Shown here in pieces: positions 29,026 to 39,272 of a DNA stretch of 44,594 nucleotides (within the stretch, counting starts at the first letter, position 1; each line of letters opens with the position of its first letter). The stretch is from positions 1 to 44,594 of the forward strand of contig JAPKCQ010000001.1 in assembly GCA_026421165.1 (NCBI GenBank), in the 5' to 3' direction. A program made the position numbers and the translations under genes. A model generated the notes under the pieces. That model saw nothing but the letters and a program-made list of their open reading frames with translations. It was not told where the DNA came from and searched no databases. This DNA is from Lewinella sp. (GTDB lineage Bacteria; Bacteroidota; Bacteroidia; Chitinophagales; Saprospiraceae).

Positions 29026-29814
29026 ATGGGACAGAAGACTAATCCAATTGGTAACCGTCTTGGTTACATCCGCGGATGGGACAGCAACTGGTTTGCTGAC
29101 AAAGAATACGCCGCAAACGTAATTGAAGATGCAAAGCTTCGCGCTTATCTCAATAAGCGTATCGAGAAGGGCGGTATCGCCCGCGTCATCATTGAGCGCA
29201 CCCTCCAGCGGGTAACGTTGACGATTCACACCAGCCGCCCCGGTATCATTATCGGTAAGGGAGGTAACGAAATCAACCAGCTCCGCGAAGAACTTCGCCG
29301 CTTGACGAAGAAAGACATCCAGATCAATATCATCGAAATCCGCAAGCCTGAGCTTGACGCCGCTATCGTGGCCGAAAGTGTAGCTAAGCAGATCGAAGCA
29401 CGGATCAACTACCGTCGCGCCATCAAGATGGCTATCGCTGCTACCATGCGCGCAAGTGCAGAGGGTATCAAGGTTCGCATTTCTGGCCGTCTGAACGGTT
29501 CCGATATGAGCCGTACGGAAGAGTTCAAGGAGGGCCGTACGCCACTCCATACTTTCCGTGCCGATATCGACTACGCCAACAAAGAAGCCCACACCGTTTA
29601 CGGTCGTATTGGCATCAAAGTATGGCTTTGTAAAGGTGAGGTTCTCGGTAAGCGTGACCTTAACCCGAACGCTGGTCTGTCTACCAAAGGTGGTGACCGC
29701 GATCGCGGTGGCCGTGGTGGACGTAGTGGCGGCGGTGGTCGTGACAACGATCGCCGTAGTGGCGGCGGTGGTAGCGGAGGCAGCGGCGGCGGTGGCCGTG
29801 GCGGACGCCGCTAG
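29026..29814 (+). CDS. rpsC: 30S ribosomal protein S3 with RGG-rich tail
   Basis: [23 protein letters not shown] and [14 protein letters not shown]. Start at ATG 29026. Confidence 0.99.
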   Translation: MGQKTNPIGNRLGYIRGWDSNWFADKEYAANVIEDAKLRAYLNKRIEKGGIARVIIERTLQRVTLTIHTSRPGIIIGKGGNEINQLREELRRLTKKDIQINIIEIRKPELDAAIVAESVAKQIEARINYRRAIKMAIAATMRASAEGIKVRISGRLNGSDMSRTEEFKEGRTPLHTFRADIDYANKEAHTVYGRIGIKVWLCKGEVLGKRDLNPNAGLSTKGGDRDRGGRGGRSGGGGRDNDRRSGGGGSGGSGGGGRGGRR

Positions 29815-29818
29815 ATAG

Positions 29819-29925
29819 TCGTCTTTTAGTTCGTTGGTCTTTTAGCTTTTTAAGCTGGGAACATATTAACGAACTAATAGCCTATCACGCTAACGAACGA
29901 ATAGTCCAATTGACTACCGAACTAC
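29819..29925. repeat. Palindromic degenerate octamer array
   Basis: TCGTCTTT TAGTTCGT TGGTCTTT TAGCTTTT, then the inverted arm TAACGAAC TAATAGCC TATCACGC TAACGAAC GAATAGTC CAATTGAC TACCGAAC. Confidence 0.75.
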
Positions 29926-30027
29926 TAAAGGCCGCCTAGCGGCTTTCGACTCAACCGCCGTAGGCGAGAGAACAACTGACCTGGGAGACATCAAAACTAT
30001 GTTTTGCGCTGTTCCCAAAACCTTGAG

Positions 30028-30079
30028 AGCAGGGCAGCTAGTAGCGAATCATCGCTACGGCTGCCTTGCTTTATTTGTT
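30028..30079 (+). terminator. Intrinsic terminator inside the S10 cluster (rpsC-rplP spacer)
   Basis: AGCAGGGCAGCT-a-GTAGCGA / TCGCTAC-GGCTGCCTTGCT stem followed by TTATTTGTT. Confidence 0.7.
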
Positions 30080-30135
30080 CCGGAAAAAAAGGGAAACTTT
30101 GCTCCTGCAAACTTTCTAAAGTCCGGATAAAATAT

Positions 30136-30143
30136 TATCTTTG
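30136..30143 (+). promoter_or_regulatory. Candidate internal -7 promoter element upstream of rplP
   Basis: TATCTTTG, downstream of the terminator and 79 nt before the ATG. Confidence 0.6.
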
Positions 30144-30222
30144 CCCCGCTCTAAGGGCGACCTGGGCAAGTTCAGGGTATAAGCGATGTGTTTTTAGCCG
30201 TTTAGCCTCAAAATTTCTAGTA

Positions 30223-30642
30223 ATGTTACAGCCGAAAAGAACTAAATACCGCAAGCAGCAGAAGCTCCGTAATAAGGGTTTAGCAAACCGCGGTAATACG
30301 GTGGACTTCGGAACCTTCGGCCTTAAGAGCCTGGGCTCCGGACGGATTACCAACCGCCAGATCGAAGCCGCACGTATTGCCATGACGCGCCACATGAAGC
30401 GTGAAGGTAAAGTGTGGATCCGTATCTTCCCCGACAAGCCGATCACCAGCAAGCCGCTGGAAGTACGTATGGGTAAGGGTAAGGGCGCTCTCGACCATTG
30501 GGTCGCCAACGTACAGCCCGGACGGATCATGTTCGAACTTGACGGTATTACCCGTGAAGTTGCTCTGGAAGCCCTGCGCCTTGCCGCTCAGAAGTTGCCA
30601 GTACTGACCCGTGTGGTTACCCGCATTGACTACGAAGGGTAA
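30223..30642 (+). CDS. rplP: 50S ribosomal protein L16
   Basis: [20 protein letters not shown] and RMGKGKG. Start at ATG 30223. Confidence 0.99.
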   Translation: MLQPKRTKYRKQQKLRNKGLANRGNTVDFGTFGLKSLGSGRITNRQIEAARIAMTRHMKREGKVWIRIFPDKPITSKPLEVRMGKGKGALDHWVANVQPGRIMFELDGITREVALEALRLAAQKLPVLTRVVTRIDYEG

Positions 30643-30709
30643 AACTACCCAATTTAAAAATTATCCGCTCCCATCAATATTCGGGATGTGGTGCAACCTT
30701 AAGAAACTG

Positions 30710-30970
30710 ATGGCGAGTAATAAATCAGTCGAGTTGCGGAATGCCTCCGATGCCGATCTTCAGGATCAGCTGACAGAGACCACCGCGAGCCTCGAAAAAA
30801 TGAAGTTCGACCATACCGTGAACGGTATCGAGAACCCCCTGCAACTGCGGGTAATCCGTCGCGACCTCGCGCGGATCAAAACAGAAATCCGTCGTCGCGA
30901 ACTTGCGGCCATGTCTCCTGAGGAGATGGCCAAACGCGACCGCATTCTTATCCGTCGTCGTAAAAAGTAA
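30710..30970 (+). CDS. rpmC: 50S ribosomal protein L29 with basic C-terminal extension
   Basis: ENPLQLRVIRRDLARIKT; lies between rplP and rpsQ. Start at ATG 30710. Confidence 0.95.
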   Translation: MASNKSVELRNASDADLQDQLTETTASLEKMKFDHTVNGIENPLQLRVIRRDLARIKTEIRRRELAAMSPEEMAKRDRILIRRRKK

Positions 30971-30976
30971 TCTAGC

Positions 30977-31399
30977 ATGAGCAACGAGGAAACTAAAGAG
31001 CAGGAGGGCACTGTCGTCGAGACGACCCCCACCGTGCCGGAAACAGTAGCCGAAACCGTTGATACCGCTGCCAAGGCAGAAACGGTAACTGAAGCAACTG
31101 CAACAGTAATCAACCACTTCGCCCCTGAAGAGGAAGCTGAAGAAACTGGCCGCAACGAGCGCAAGACTCGTATCGGTCTCGTCGCAAGTAATAAGATGGA
31201 TAAGACTATCTCTGTTACGATTGAGCGCCGCCTTCAGCACCCAATTTACGGCAAGTACGTAAAGAAGAGCAATAAGCTCATCGCTCACGATGAGAATAAC
31301 GAGTGCCAGATTGGTGACCTCGTGAAGATCATGGAGACCCGTCCCCTAAGCCGTCGTAAGCGCTGGCGTCTGGTTTCCGTAATCGAGAAAGCTAAGTAA
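30977..31399 (+). CDS. rpsQ: 30S ribosomal protein S17 with acidic N-terminal extension
   Basis: [22 protein letters not shown] and [13 protein letters not shown]. Confidence 0.98.
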   Translation: MSNEETKEQEGTVVETTPTVPETVAETVDTAAKAETVTEATATVINHFAPEEEAEETGRNERKTRIGLVASNKMDKTISVTIERRLQHPIYGKYVKKSNKLIAHDENNECQIGDLVKIMETRPLSRRKRWRLVSVIEKAK

Positions 31400-31433
31400 T
31401 TAACCGTTTACGGCAACCATAAATAGCTAACAA

Positions 31434-31802
31434 ATGATCCAACAGGAATCACGGCTGCGCGTAGCCGACAACAGCGGTGCCAAAGAGGTACTCTGTATTC
31501 GCGTACTGGGCGGCTCTAAGCGCCGTTACGCCAGCATCGGCGACCAGATCGTCGTAACGGTTAAGGAATCTTCTCCGGGCGGTAACGTAAAGAAGGGTAC
31601 GGTAAGTCGTGCTGTTGTAGTGCGGACCCGCAAAGAAATTCGTCGTAAGGACGGTTCTTATATCCGCTTTGACGACAACGCCGTTGTCCTTCTTAACGCA
31701 AGTGAGGAGCCGCGCGGCACTCGCATCTTCGGCCCCGTTGCTCGCGAACTTCGTGACCGCGACTACATGAAGATTGTATCACTCGCCCCGGAAGTACTCT
31801 AG
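31434..31802 (+). CDS. rplN: 50S ribosomal protein L14
   Basis: [17 protein letters not shown] and [12 protein letters not shown]. Confidence 0.99.
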   Translation: MIQQESRLRVADNSGAKEVLCIRVLGGSKRRYASIGDQIVVTVKESSPGGNVKKGTVSRAVVVRTRKEIRRKDGSYIRFDDNAVVLLNASEEPRGTRIFGPVARELRDRDYMKIVSLAPEVL

Positions 31803-31823
31803 GGCACCAAATTAAACCATCCA

Positions 31824-32183
31824 ATGGCTAACAAAACCTACAAGGATAAGCAGAAGCGTCATACGCCGAAGCTTAAAATCAAAAAGGGAGACATGGTCGT
31901 GGTTATCGCTGGTGCCGACAAGGACCGCGCTAAGCCCCGCGAAGTACTCCAGGTACTACCTCACGAAAACCGCGCCGTCGTCGACGGAGTGAACATTCGT
32001 AAGAAGCACCAGAAACCAACTGAAACCGATCAGGGTGGCATCGTCGACAAGGCGGCCTCCATTCACATTAGCAATCTGATGCTCGTCGATGCCGACAATC
32101 AGCCCACCCGCGTAGGACGCAAGGCTGACGAAAATGGCAAACTGGCGCGTTTCGGTAAGCGTAACGGTAATATCATTAAGTAA
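31824..32183 (+). CDS. rplX: 50S ribosomal protein L24
   Basis: KOW motif IKKGDMVVVIAGADK and IHISNLML. Confidence 0.97.
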   Translation: MANKTYKDKQKRHTPKLKIKKGDMVVVIAGADKDRAKPREVLQVLPHENRAVVDGVNIRKKHQKPTETDQGGIVDKAASIHISNLMLVDADNQPTRVGRKADENGKLARFGKRNGNIIK

Positions 32184-32746
32184 TGAGCTATACTCCCCGA
32201 CTCAAGAAGAAGTACGACGAGGAAATCAGGGCTAAGCTGCAAGAGCAGTTTAACTACAAGAGCCTAATGCAAACGCCTCGTCTGCTTAAGATCTGCATCA
32301 ACCAGGGTGTAGGTAAAGCAACTCAAGACCGCAAACTGGTAGAGAACGCATCTAAGGAGATGACGCTCGTCGCTGGTCAGCAGGCTGTGATTACTCAATC
32401 TAAGAAATCAATCTCCAACTTCCGTCTTCGTGACGATATGGGCATTGGCGCTAAGGTTACCCTTCGCCGTGAAAAGATGTACGATTTCCTCGACCGCTTG
32501 GTCTCTACTGCCCTGCCACGTGTACGTGACTTCCGTGGTATCAACGATAAGAGCTTTGACGGCCGTGGTAATTACACCATGGGCATTACTGAGCAGATTA
32601 TCTTCCCTGAGATCAGCTTGGATGACGTTCCAAATATTACTGGCTACGACGTAACTTTCGTTACCAGCGCAGAGACCGACCAGGAATCCCTGGCACTGCT
32701 CAAGGCCCTAGGCCTTCCATTCAAGAACCAAAATAACGCGAAGTAA
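32183..32746 (+). CDS. rplE: 50S ribosomal protein L5
   Basis: [19 protein letters not shown] and [10 protein letters not shown]. Confidence 0.99.
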   Translation: MSYTPRLKKKYDEEIRAKLQEQFNYKSLMQTPRLLKICINQGVGKATQDRKLVENASKEMTLVAGQQAVITQSKKSISNFRLRDDMGIGAKVTLRREKMYDFLDRLVSTALPRVRDFRGINDKSFDGRGNYTMGITEQIIFPEISLDDVPNITGYDVTFVTSAETDQESLALLKALGLPFKNQNNAK

Positions 32747-32747
32747 G

Positions 32748-33017
32748 ATGGCTCGTAAATCACTTATCGCCCGCGAAAATAAGCGTGCACGCATGGTTGC
32801 CAAGTACGCCGAGAGACGTACTGCCCTCAAAGCTGAAGGCAACTGGGACGAGCTTGATAAGCTCCCCCGCAATTCCAACCCAATCCGCCTGCACAACCGC
32901 TGCGGTCTTACCGGTCGCCCAAAAGGCTACATGCGTAAGTTCGGCCTCTGTCGTGTTAAGTTCCGTGAAATGGCACTTAACGGATTGATTCCTGGAGTTC
33001 GCAAAGCATCTTGGTAG
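32748..33017 (+). CDS. rpsN: 30S ribosomal protein S14 (89-aa form with incomplete zinc motif)
   Basis: [14 protein letters not shown] and [11 protein letters not shown]; only two Cys. Confidence 0.99.
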   Translation: MARKSLIARENKRARMVAKYAERRTALKAEGNWDELDKLPRNSNPIRLHNRCGLTGRPKGYMRKFGLCRVKFREMALNGLIPGVRKASW

Positions 33018-33110
33018 TCAATTAGTCTTTTAGTCTATTAAACTGTTCGTCCATCAGGATAACAGGTAATGTACTAGAGGATTGACAGGCTAACAAACTA
33101 ATAGTCTAAT
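33015..33110. repeat. Palindromic degenerate octamer array starting at the rpsN stop codon
   Basis: TAGTCAAT TAGTCTTT TAGTCTAT TAAACTGT TCGTCCAT, then TAATGTAC TAGAGGAT TGACAGGC TAACAAAC TAATAGTC. Confidence 0.75.
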
Positions 33111-33167
33111 CTTTAACAGCTCCGGAAGTTCCTATCGGGAAAACCACAGAGCGCAACCTATAGCAAA

Positions 33168-33578
33168 ATGGCCGTAACGGACCCAATCGCTGATTTTTTG
33201 ACCCGTATTCGCAACGCGCAGATTGCCGGTCACCGAGTAGTTACTATTCCCTCTTCCAAGACGAAGAAGCGGATGACTGAGATTCTTTACGATCAGGGTT
33301 ATATCCTGAAGTACAAGTTTGACGACGAAGCCGGAAAGGGTAAGCAGGGAGAAATCTCTATTGCACTCAAGTACGAAAAAGACAGTAAGCGCCCCGTCAT
33401 TCGTAAGCTCATCCGTATATCCAAGCCGGGTCTGCGTCAGTACGTAAAAGCTGACGCTCTTCCACGTGTAATCAACGGCCTTGGTATCGCCATCGTTTCT
33501 ACTTCGTACGGTCTGATGACCAACAAGCAGGCCAAGCAAGACAACCTTGGCGGCGAAGTACTCGCTTACATCTATTAA
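33168..33578 (+). CDS. rpsH: 30S ribosomal protein S8
   Basis: [21 protein letters not shown] and [10 protein letters not shown]. Confidence 0.99.
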   Translation: MAVTDPIADFLTRIRNAQIAGHRVVTIPSSKTKKRMTEILYDQGYILKYKFDDEAGKGKQGEISIALKYEKDSKRPVIRKLIRISKPGLRQYVKADALPRVINGLGIAIVSTSYGLMTNKQAKQDNLGGEVLAYIY

Positions 33579-33671
33579 TCAAATTCAGTTTAACGTCTGC
33601 AGGATAGAATCCATTCCCACCTCTGAAGGGTGGCAAGGTGATCATTCGTAAGACAATTAAATCAACAGGAT

Positions 33672-34229
33672 ATGTCCAGAATTGGCAGAAATCCCATCAG
33701 CGTACCTAGCGGCGTCAACATCGACGTTAGCAAAGGAAACCTGGTAACCGTTAAGGGCCCCAAAGGGGAACTTACTCAGCAGGTCAGCCCTGACCTGGGA
33801 ATCGAAATGGAGGATGGTATACTTACCGTCACCCGCCCTTCTAACAGCAAGCGCCTCCGCAGCTTCCATGGTCTCTACCGTTCGCTGATCGCGAATATGA
33901 TCGAAGGTGTGACCAACGGCTACGAACTCAACCTTGAGGTAGTAGGTGTAGGTTACCGCGCTGAGAACAAGGGCAACCTGTTGATCATGACGCTGGGTTA
34001 CTCTCACCCTATCTACTTCATGGTACCCCAGGAAGTAACGGTGGAAACCGTCAGTGCCAAGGGTAAGGCCCCGATCGTAAAGCTCACGTCTATGGACAAG
34101 CAGCTTGTCGGTCAGATTGCTGCCAAAATCCGTGCGCTTCGCAAGCCTGAGCCTTATAAAGGAAAAGGTATCAAGTTTGTCGGTGAAGAACTTCGTCGCA
34201 AGGCTGGTAAAACCGCCGCTAAGAAGTAA
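33672..34229 (+). CDS. rplF: 50S ribosomal protein L6
   Basis: MSRIG, GVGYRA, LGYSHP and [11 protein letters not shown]. Confidence 0.99.
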   Translation: MSRIGRNPISVPSGVNIDVSKGNLVTVKGPKGELTQQVSPDLGIEMEDGILTVTRPSNSKRLRSFHGLYRSLIANMIEGVTNGYELNLEVVGVGYRAENKGNLLIMTLGYSHPIYFMVPQEVTVETVSAKGKAPIVKLTSMDKQLVGQIAAKIRALRKPEPYKGKGIKFVGEELRRKAGKTAAKK

Positions 34230-34290
34230 GGTCCCTAACCCCTGGCTCTCTTTCGGGAGGATCACGCTGGGGATTCAAAAAAAATTAGCA

Positions 34291-34644
34291 ATGCAACTCA
34301 CAAAACTTAAGCGGAGAAAGCGGATTCACAGCCGCGTTCGCAAGAGCATTTCCGGTACGCCGGAGCAGCCCCGCCTGAACATTTTCCGTTCCAATAAATT
34401 CATTTACGCCCAATTGATTGATGATGTCAATGGCGTAACCCTGGCGCAGGCTTCCAGTTTTGAAGCTTTAATTGCACAGGAAGGTGACAAAGCCTCGCAG
34501 TCTACTGCCGTTGGTAAGCTCATCGCTGAGCGCGGACAGGCTGCCGGCGTCTCTAAAGTTCTCTTCGACCGGGGAGGATATCTTTTTCACGGACGGGTGA
34601 AAGCCCTCGCTGAAGGCGCCCGTGAGGGTGGCCTTAAGTTCTAA
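34291..34644 (+). CDS. rplR: 50S ribosomal protein L18
   Basis: [10 protein letters not shown] and [26 protein letters not shown]. Start at ATG 34291. Confidence 0.98.
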   Translation: MQLTKLKRRKRIHSRVRKSISGTPEQPRLNIFRSNKFIYAQLIDDVNGVTLAQASSFEALIAQEGDKASQSTAVGKLIAERGQAAGVSKVLFDRGGYLFHGRVKALAEGAREGGLKF

Positions 34645-34655
34645 ATAGCACTACA

Positions 34656-35222
34656 ATGGCTGATAACAGAAATTCGGGCGGTGGCCGCAACCGTCGTGAC
34701 AATGACCGCAAGGGCAAAAAGGGAGATAACGCTTCCAAAGAACCAGAATTGCGCGAAAAAATGGTTGCCCTAAACCGGGTATCCAAAGTAACAAAAGGTG
34801 GTCGTACATTCACTTTTGCTGCCATCATGGTGGTTGGTGACGGAAAAGGCAAAGTAGGTTCAGGATCCGGTAAGGCCCGTGATATCTCCGAAGCCATCCA
34901 GAAAGCTACCGATAATGCTCGTAAGAGTATGATCACGGTGCCACTGCACAAGGGAACTATCCCTCATGAGCAGCTGGGCAAGTACGGTGCAGGTAAGATT
35001 CTCCTTAAGCCCGCATCTGAAGGTACTGGTGTAATCGCCGGTGGTGCCATGCGCGCCGTCCTCGATATCGCAGGTGTTAACAACGTACTGGCCAAGTCAC
35101 AGGGTTCTTCCAACCCACATAACGTGATCAAAGCCACCATTGATGCGCTGAAGAAGCTCCGCAGCCCGATGGAAGTCGCTAAGCAACGGGGTATTTCCAT
35201 GGAAAAACTGTTCGAAGGGTAG
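34656..35222 (+). CDS. rpsE: 30S ribosomal protein S5
   Basis: [18 protein letters not shown] and GSSNPHNV. Confidence 0.99.
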   Translation: MADNRNSGGGRNRRDNDRKGKKGDNASKEPELREKMVALNRVSKVTKGGRTFTFAAIMVVGDGKGKVGSGSGKARDISEAIQKATDNARKSMITVPLHKGTIPHEQLGKYGAGKILLKPASEGTGVIAGGAMRAVLDIAGVNNVLAKSQGSSNPHNVIKATIDALKKLRSPMEVAKQRGISMEKLFEG

Positions 35223-35322
35223 GGTTCCTCTCCCTCTAACCCCCTTTCGCTACGTGGCTTCCTTCAGAGGCCCTGGGGAGAGGGGAGAACAAAAGTCCTG
35301 ATAACAGTAAAATTAAGTCAAC

Positions 35323-35502
35323 ATGGCTAAGATTAAAATTACCCAGGTTAAAAGTGTGATCGATCGCCCGAAGAAACAGAAGGCAACGATCCAGGCTCTT
35401 GGCCTCAAGCGCATGCACCAGACCGTTGAGCGGGAGAATACTCCTGTGATTCTTGGAATGGTTAAGGCAGTTAGCCACCTTGTTAAAGTAGAAGAAGCCT
35501 AA
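35323..35502 (+). CDS. rpmD: 50S ribosomal protein L30 (59 aa, absent from the supplied ORF track)
   Basis: Hand translation [59 protein letters not shown]; lies between rpsE and rplO. Confidence 0.97.
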   Translation: MAKIKITQVKSVIDRPKKQKATIQALGLKRMHQTVERENTPVILGMVKAVSHLVKVEEA

Positions 35503-35602
35503 GGTCAGATCGTTACAAGTTAGACCGTTGGTGTATAGTCCGTCAGGACATGCTGACAGTTAGCTGACAAACCTTCTTTGCTGGCACGATAGTTGCTCCG
35601 AC

Positions 35603-35620
35603 TGCACCTGCGTCCGCGCC
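35603..35620 (-). repeat. Dispersed motif copy 7
   Basis: Minus strand GGCGC GGA CGCAGG TGCA, followed by GT. Confidence 0.9.
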
Positions 35621-35651
35621 CTCAAATGCTTCTTAAAAAATAAAGTCCGTA

Positions 35652-36098
35652 ATGGAACTAAACAATCTCAAACCAGCCGCCGGCGCTACTAAGTCCGGTA
35701 AGCGAATCGCACGTGGACAGGGCTCCGGCCGTGGTGGAACCTCCACCCGTGGCCACAAAGGCGCCAAGTCTCGTAGTGGTTACAAAAGTAAGCGCGGATT
35801 CGAAGGTGGTCAAATGCCCCTCCAAATGCGTCTCCCTAAACGTGGTTTCAATAGCCCGAATCGTGTGGAGTACGTTGCTTTTAACCTTGATCGCCTTCAG
35901 GCTATCAGCGAGAAGCACGGCATTACTGAAATTACCCCCGCTGCCCTGTACGCTGCCGGTATCATCAAGAAGAATGATCTGGTAAAAGTACTTGCTAACG
36001 GTGAGCTTACCTCTGGCCTCACGGTAACGGCACACGCCGCTTCCGTTAAAGCCAAGGAAGCCGTCGAGAAGGCGGGCGGTTCTCTCACCATCTCCTAA
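35652..36098 (+). CDS. rplO: 50S ribosomal protein L15
   Basis: RGQGSGRGGTSTRGHKG and GFEGGQMPL. Confidence 0.99.
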   Translation: MELNNLKPAAGATKSGKRIARGQGSGRGGTSTRGHKGAKSRSGYKSKRGFEGGQMPLQMRLPKRGFNSPNRVEYVAFNLDRLQAISEKHGITEITPAALYAAGIIKKNDLVKVLANGELTSGLTVTAHAASVKAKEAVEKAGGSLTIS

Positions 36099-36110
36099 AT
36101 TACTCGTACC

Positions 36111-37478
36111 ATGATGAGGTTCTTTGAAACACTAAAAAACATCTGGTCGATCGATGAGCTGCGTAAGCGAATTCTGTTTACGCTCTTGCTGATCGCCATC
36201 TACCGCCTGGGTTCTTACATCGTACTCCCGGGTGCTGATGTGGATGCACTCACGGCGTCGCTTGAAAGCCAGGGTGGTGGTAATGACCTCCTTGGACTAA
36301 TCAACCTGTTCACAGGTGGCGCATTTAACAATGCTTCCATTATGGCTCTGGGTATCATGCCGTACATCACGGCAAGTATCATTGTCCAGCTGCTTGGTTT
36401 TGCCGTTCCCTACTTCCAGCGCCTACAAAGCAAGGAAGGAGAGTCGGGCCGTAAAAAACTTAGCCAGATTACCCGTGCCCTCACGGTAGCTATTACTCTA
36501 GTTCAGGGTGCAGGTTATCTCGCTTACATTTCGAGTAACGGTGCCAGGTCTGCTCAGGTAGACGAGTCTATCTTCTGGCTGTCTGGTATTGTCATCCTTT
36601 CCACTGGTACGATCTTCGCGATGTGGTTGGGCGAGCGAATTACTGACCGAGGTATTGGTAACGGTGTATCCCTCCTGATTACGGTGGGTATTATCGTTGG
36701 CCTTCCAACGGCGTTTGGCTTCGAACTTGTTGATAAGTCTGACCGTCTGTTACTATTTGCCCTTGAAATGTTTGGCTTCTTCTTCGTCACCATGGTAACC
36801 GTAATGGTCGTGACTGGCGTACGTAAGATTCCGCTGCAGTTCGCGAAGCGAATGGTTGGCCGGGGTAGCGCTGCTGCGCCTACTAGTACCGAGCGCGACT
36901 ACATTCCATTGAAAGTTAACGCTTCCGGTGTAATGCCGATCATCTTTGCTCAGGCTCTGATGATTCTTCCGGTAAGTCTTGCCGGTTTTGGTAGCAACGA
37001 GGCGCAGACCAGCTGGCTTGTTCAGCAATTCAATGACTTTACTTCTCCGCTTTACAACGTGATCTACTTTGTTATGGTGGTTCTCTTTACCTACGTCTAT
37101 ACGGCATTGGTAGTAAACCCTGGCCAGTACACAGAGTACTTACGTCGTCAGAACGCCTTTATTCCCGGCGTTCGTGGTGGTGCAGAAACGGAAGAGTACA
37201 TTGATGCAATTACCAGCCGGATTACTCTCCCAGGATCTGTCATTCTTGGTCTGATTGCCATTCTTCCCGCTATCGTAGCAGGTCTTGGTGTCAACCAACA
37301 GTTTGCCATTTTCTTCGGTGGTACTTCCCTGATTATTATGGTTGGCGTTGTACTTGATACACTGCAACAGATCGAAAGCTACTTACTAATGCGTAAGTAC
37401 GATGGACTTGTTAAAGAAGGACGCCTTGAAGGCCGCGGCGGTAACAGCCGTATGCAGAGCCTTGGAGCTGACTTCTAA
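36111..37478 (+). CDS. secY: Preprotein translocase subunit SecY
   Basis: LGIMPYITASII, MWLGERIT..GIGNG, GVMPIIFA and GGTSLII. Confidence 0.99.
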   Translation: MMRFFETLKNIWSIDELRKRILFTLLLIAIYRLGSYIVLPGADVDALTASLESQGGGNDLLGLINLFTGGAFNNASIMALGIMPYITASIIVQLLGFAVPYFQRLQSKEGESGRKKLSQITRALTVAITLVQGAGYLAYISSNGARSAQVDESIFWLSGIVILSTGTIFAMWLGERITDRGIGNGVSLLITVGIIVGLPTAFGFELVDKSDRLLLFALEMFGFFFVTMVTVMVVTGVRKIPLQFAKRMVGRGSAAAPTSTERDYIPLKVNASGVMPIIFAQALMILPVSLAGFGSNEAQTSWLVQQFNDFTSPLYNVIYFVMVVLFTYVYTALVVNPGQYTEYLRRQNAFIPGVRGGAETEEYIDAITSRITLPGSVILGLIAILPAIVAGLGVNQQFAIFFGGTSLIIMVGVVLDTLQQIESYLLMRKYDGLVKEGRLEGRGGNSRMQSLGADF

Positions 37479-37502
37479 GAGGTCTATCCAGCACAGATAA
37501 TA

Positions 37503-37546
37503 CAAAACGCCCCCTTCGGAATTCCGGAGGGGGCGTTTTGCTTTTG
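37503..37546 (+). terminator. Intrinsic terminator after secY
   Basis: CAAAACGCCCCCTTCGGA/TCCGGAGGGGGCGTTTTG followed by CTTTTG. Confidence 0.9.
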
Positions 37547-37719
37547 TATATATTGCTTTACACTGTACTAATAGTGAGCTCTAAATAAAACCAAGATGAC
37601 TGGTATTTGGAATGGGTAATCCTGTTCCCGAGCACGTAACCTTTATAAAAGCTGGTGATGTTGCTCAGAATATTAGGTAAGCGCTACCCCTGTATTCCCC
37701 GTCGAGAAGAACCTTTTTC

Positions 37720-39108
37720 ATGCTAAACAAAATTGTAAAAACTGTACGTCTTTCCCTCGATGACAAAGGGTACGATTACACTGGCGGGTCGGTCCGCAAA
37801 GCGATCGCCCTTCTGGCTATTCCGATGATGCTGGAGATGGCAATGGAATCTGTCTTTGCGCTGGTGGATACTTTTTTCGTCGGTAGAATTGGCAACGGAG
37901 CACTTACTACCGTCGGTCTTACCGAGGTGATGATGACTCTGGTGTACAGCATCGCCATCGGGGTAAGTACGGCGCCAATGGCGATGGTTTCTCGTTTTAT
38001 AGGCGAGAAAGACCCGGCAAAGGCTGGCTTGGCGGCAGGGCAGGCCATTCTGCTCGGTGTATTCGTTAGCTTACTGATTGCCATACCTGGCTTTGTGTAC
38101 GCCGGAGACTTGCTGCGGTTTATGGGCGCTACCGAAACTGTGGTCGCCGAGGGGGTTGGGTACACCCGTATTATGTTCGCGACCAATGTGGTGATTATGC
38201 TGCTGTTCGTGATCAATGGTATATTTCGGGGAGCTGGGGACGCCGCCAAGGCGATGCGGGTACTCTGGCTTGCAAATGGGATCAACATTGTCTTGGATCC
38301 GATCTTCATTTTTGGACTGGGGTTTATTCCGGCAATGGGGGTGGAGGGGGCCGCAGTAGCCACTTCTATTGGTCGAGGTATTGGTGTGGGTTACCAATTG
38401 TATTTATTATTTGGTAACCGCTCAGTGGTTAAAATGGGCGCACGGGCTTGGCTTGTGAATTGGGAAATGCAAGGGCGGATCGTGAAAATCGCTGCGAACG
38501 GAGCGCTTCAGTACTTGATTGCTTCTGCGAGCTGGGTTTTTCTGATGCGAATTGTGGCCGGCTTTGGTGAGGCGGCTGTGGCGGGCTACACCGTCGCGAT
38601 ACGGCTTATCATCTTTACGATGTTACCAGCTTGGGGACTAGCAAATGCGGCGGCGGCCTTTACTGGGCAGAACCTCGGGGCAAAGAAACCGGACAGGGCG
38701 GAACAAGGAGTCTGGTTGGCGCTGAAAATGACCGTGATTTACTTTGGGGTACTGTCTGTTCTCTACTATTTTTTGGCGGGGCCGCTGGTGCAGGGCTTTG
38801 TTAAAGACGCAGAGGCTGTTGGCTATGGTATTGAGGCTCTACGCGTCTTTGCCATCGGCTACGTGTTTTTTGGCCTAGGCATGATTCCGGTTCAGGCGCT
38901 CAATGGCGCCGGTGATACCCGGATGCCAATGCTGATGAATTTCGCCTGCTTCTGGTTACTGGAAATCCCGTTGGGCTACTGGCTGGGCTTGGAGATGGGG
39001 TATGGGGTAGAAGGTGTCGTCTGGGCGGTAGTAATTGCTGAGGTAGTGCTCTCTGGGCTCGCCCTGTGGGTGTTCACGCGGGGGAAATGGAAGCTTATGG
39101 AGGTTTGA
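37720..39108 (+). CDS. MATE family efflux transporter
   Basis: About 12 TM segments; LVDTFFVGRIG, GIFRGAGD, NIVLDPIFIFG..MGVEGAAVAT and GQNLGA. Confidence 0.95.
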   Translation: MLNKIVKTVRLSLDDKGYDYTGGSVRKAIALLAIPMMLEMAMESVFALVDTFFVGRIGNGALTTVGLTEVMMTLVYSIAIGVSTAPMAMVSRFIGEKDPAKAGLAAGQAILLGVFVSLLIAIPGFVYAGDLLRFMGATETVVAEGVGYTRIMFATNVVIMLLFVINGIFRGAGDAAKAMRVLWLANGINIVLDPIFIFGLGFIPAMGVEGAAVATSIGRGIGVGYQLYLLFGNRSVVKMGARAWLVNWEMQGRIVKIAANGALQYLIASASWVFLMRIVAGFGEAAVAGYTVAIRLIIFTMLPAWGLANAAAAFTGQNLGAKKPDRAEQGVWLALKMTVIYFGVLSVLYYFLAGPLVQGFVKDAEAVGYGIEALRVFAIGYVFFGLGMIPVQALNGAGDTRMPMLMNFACFWLLEIPLGYWLGLEMGYGVEGVVWAVVIAEVVLSGLALWVFTRGKWKLMEV

Positions 39109-39272
39109 TCTTATGCCTGCGGATTGTCACCTCTGGGAAGTGATCAGGATTTTTGTTTCTTTTCATTGGAAAAGATCGCCTTCGGCAGGGCGGTAACGTC
39201 GGAGAAATGATAGCCTTGGGATAGACCATAAAGCGTTGCCCTTCAACCCGTACAGTACCGGCGCTAGCGCCC

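Noticed and set aside
30004-30222. N-terminal extensions of L16, and likewise L22, S3, L29 and L18, in the ORF track
   Set aside because: Artefacts of upstream TTG/GTG starts; conserved N-termini begin at downstream ATGs, and the extensions cover terminator/promoter DNA.
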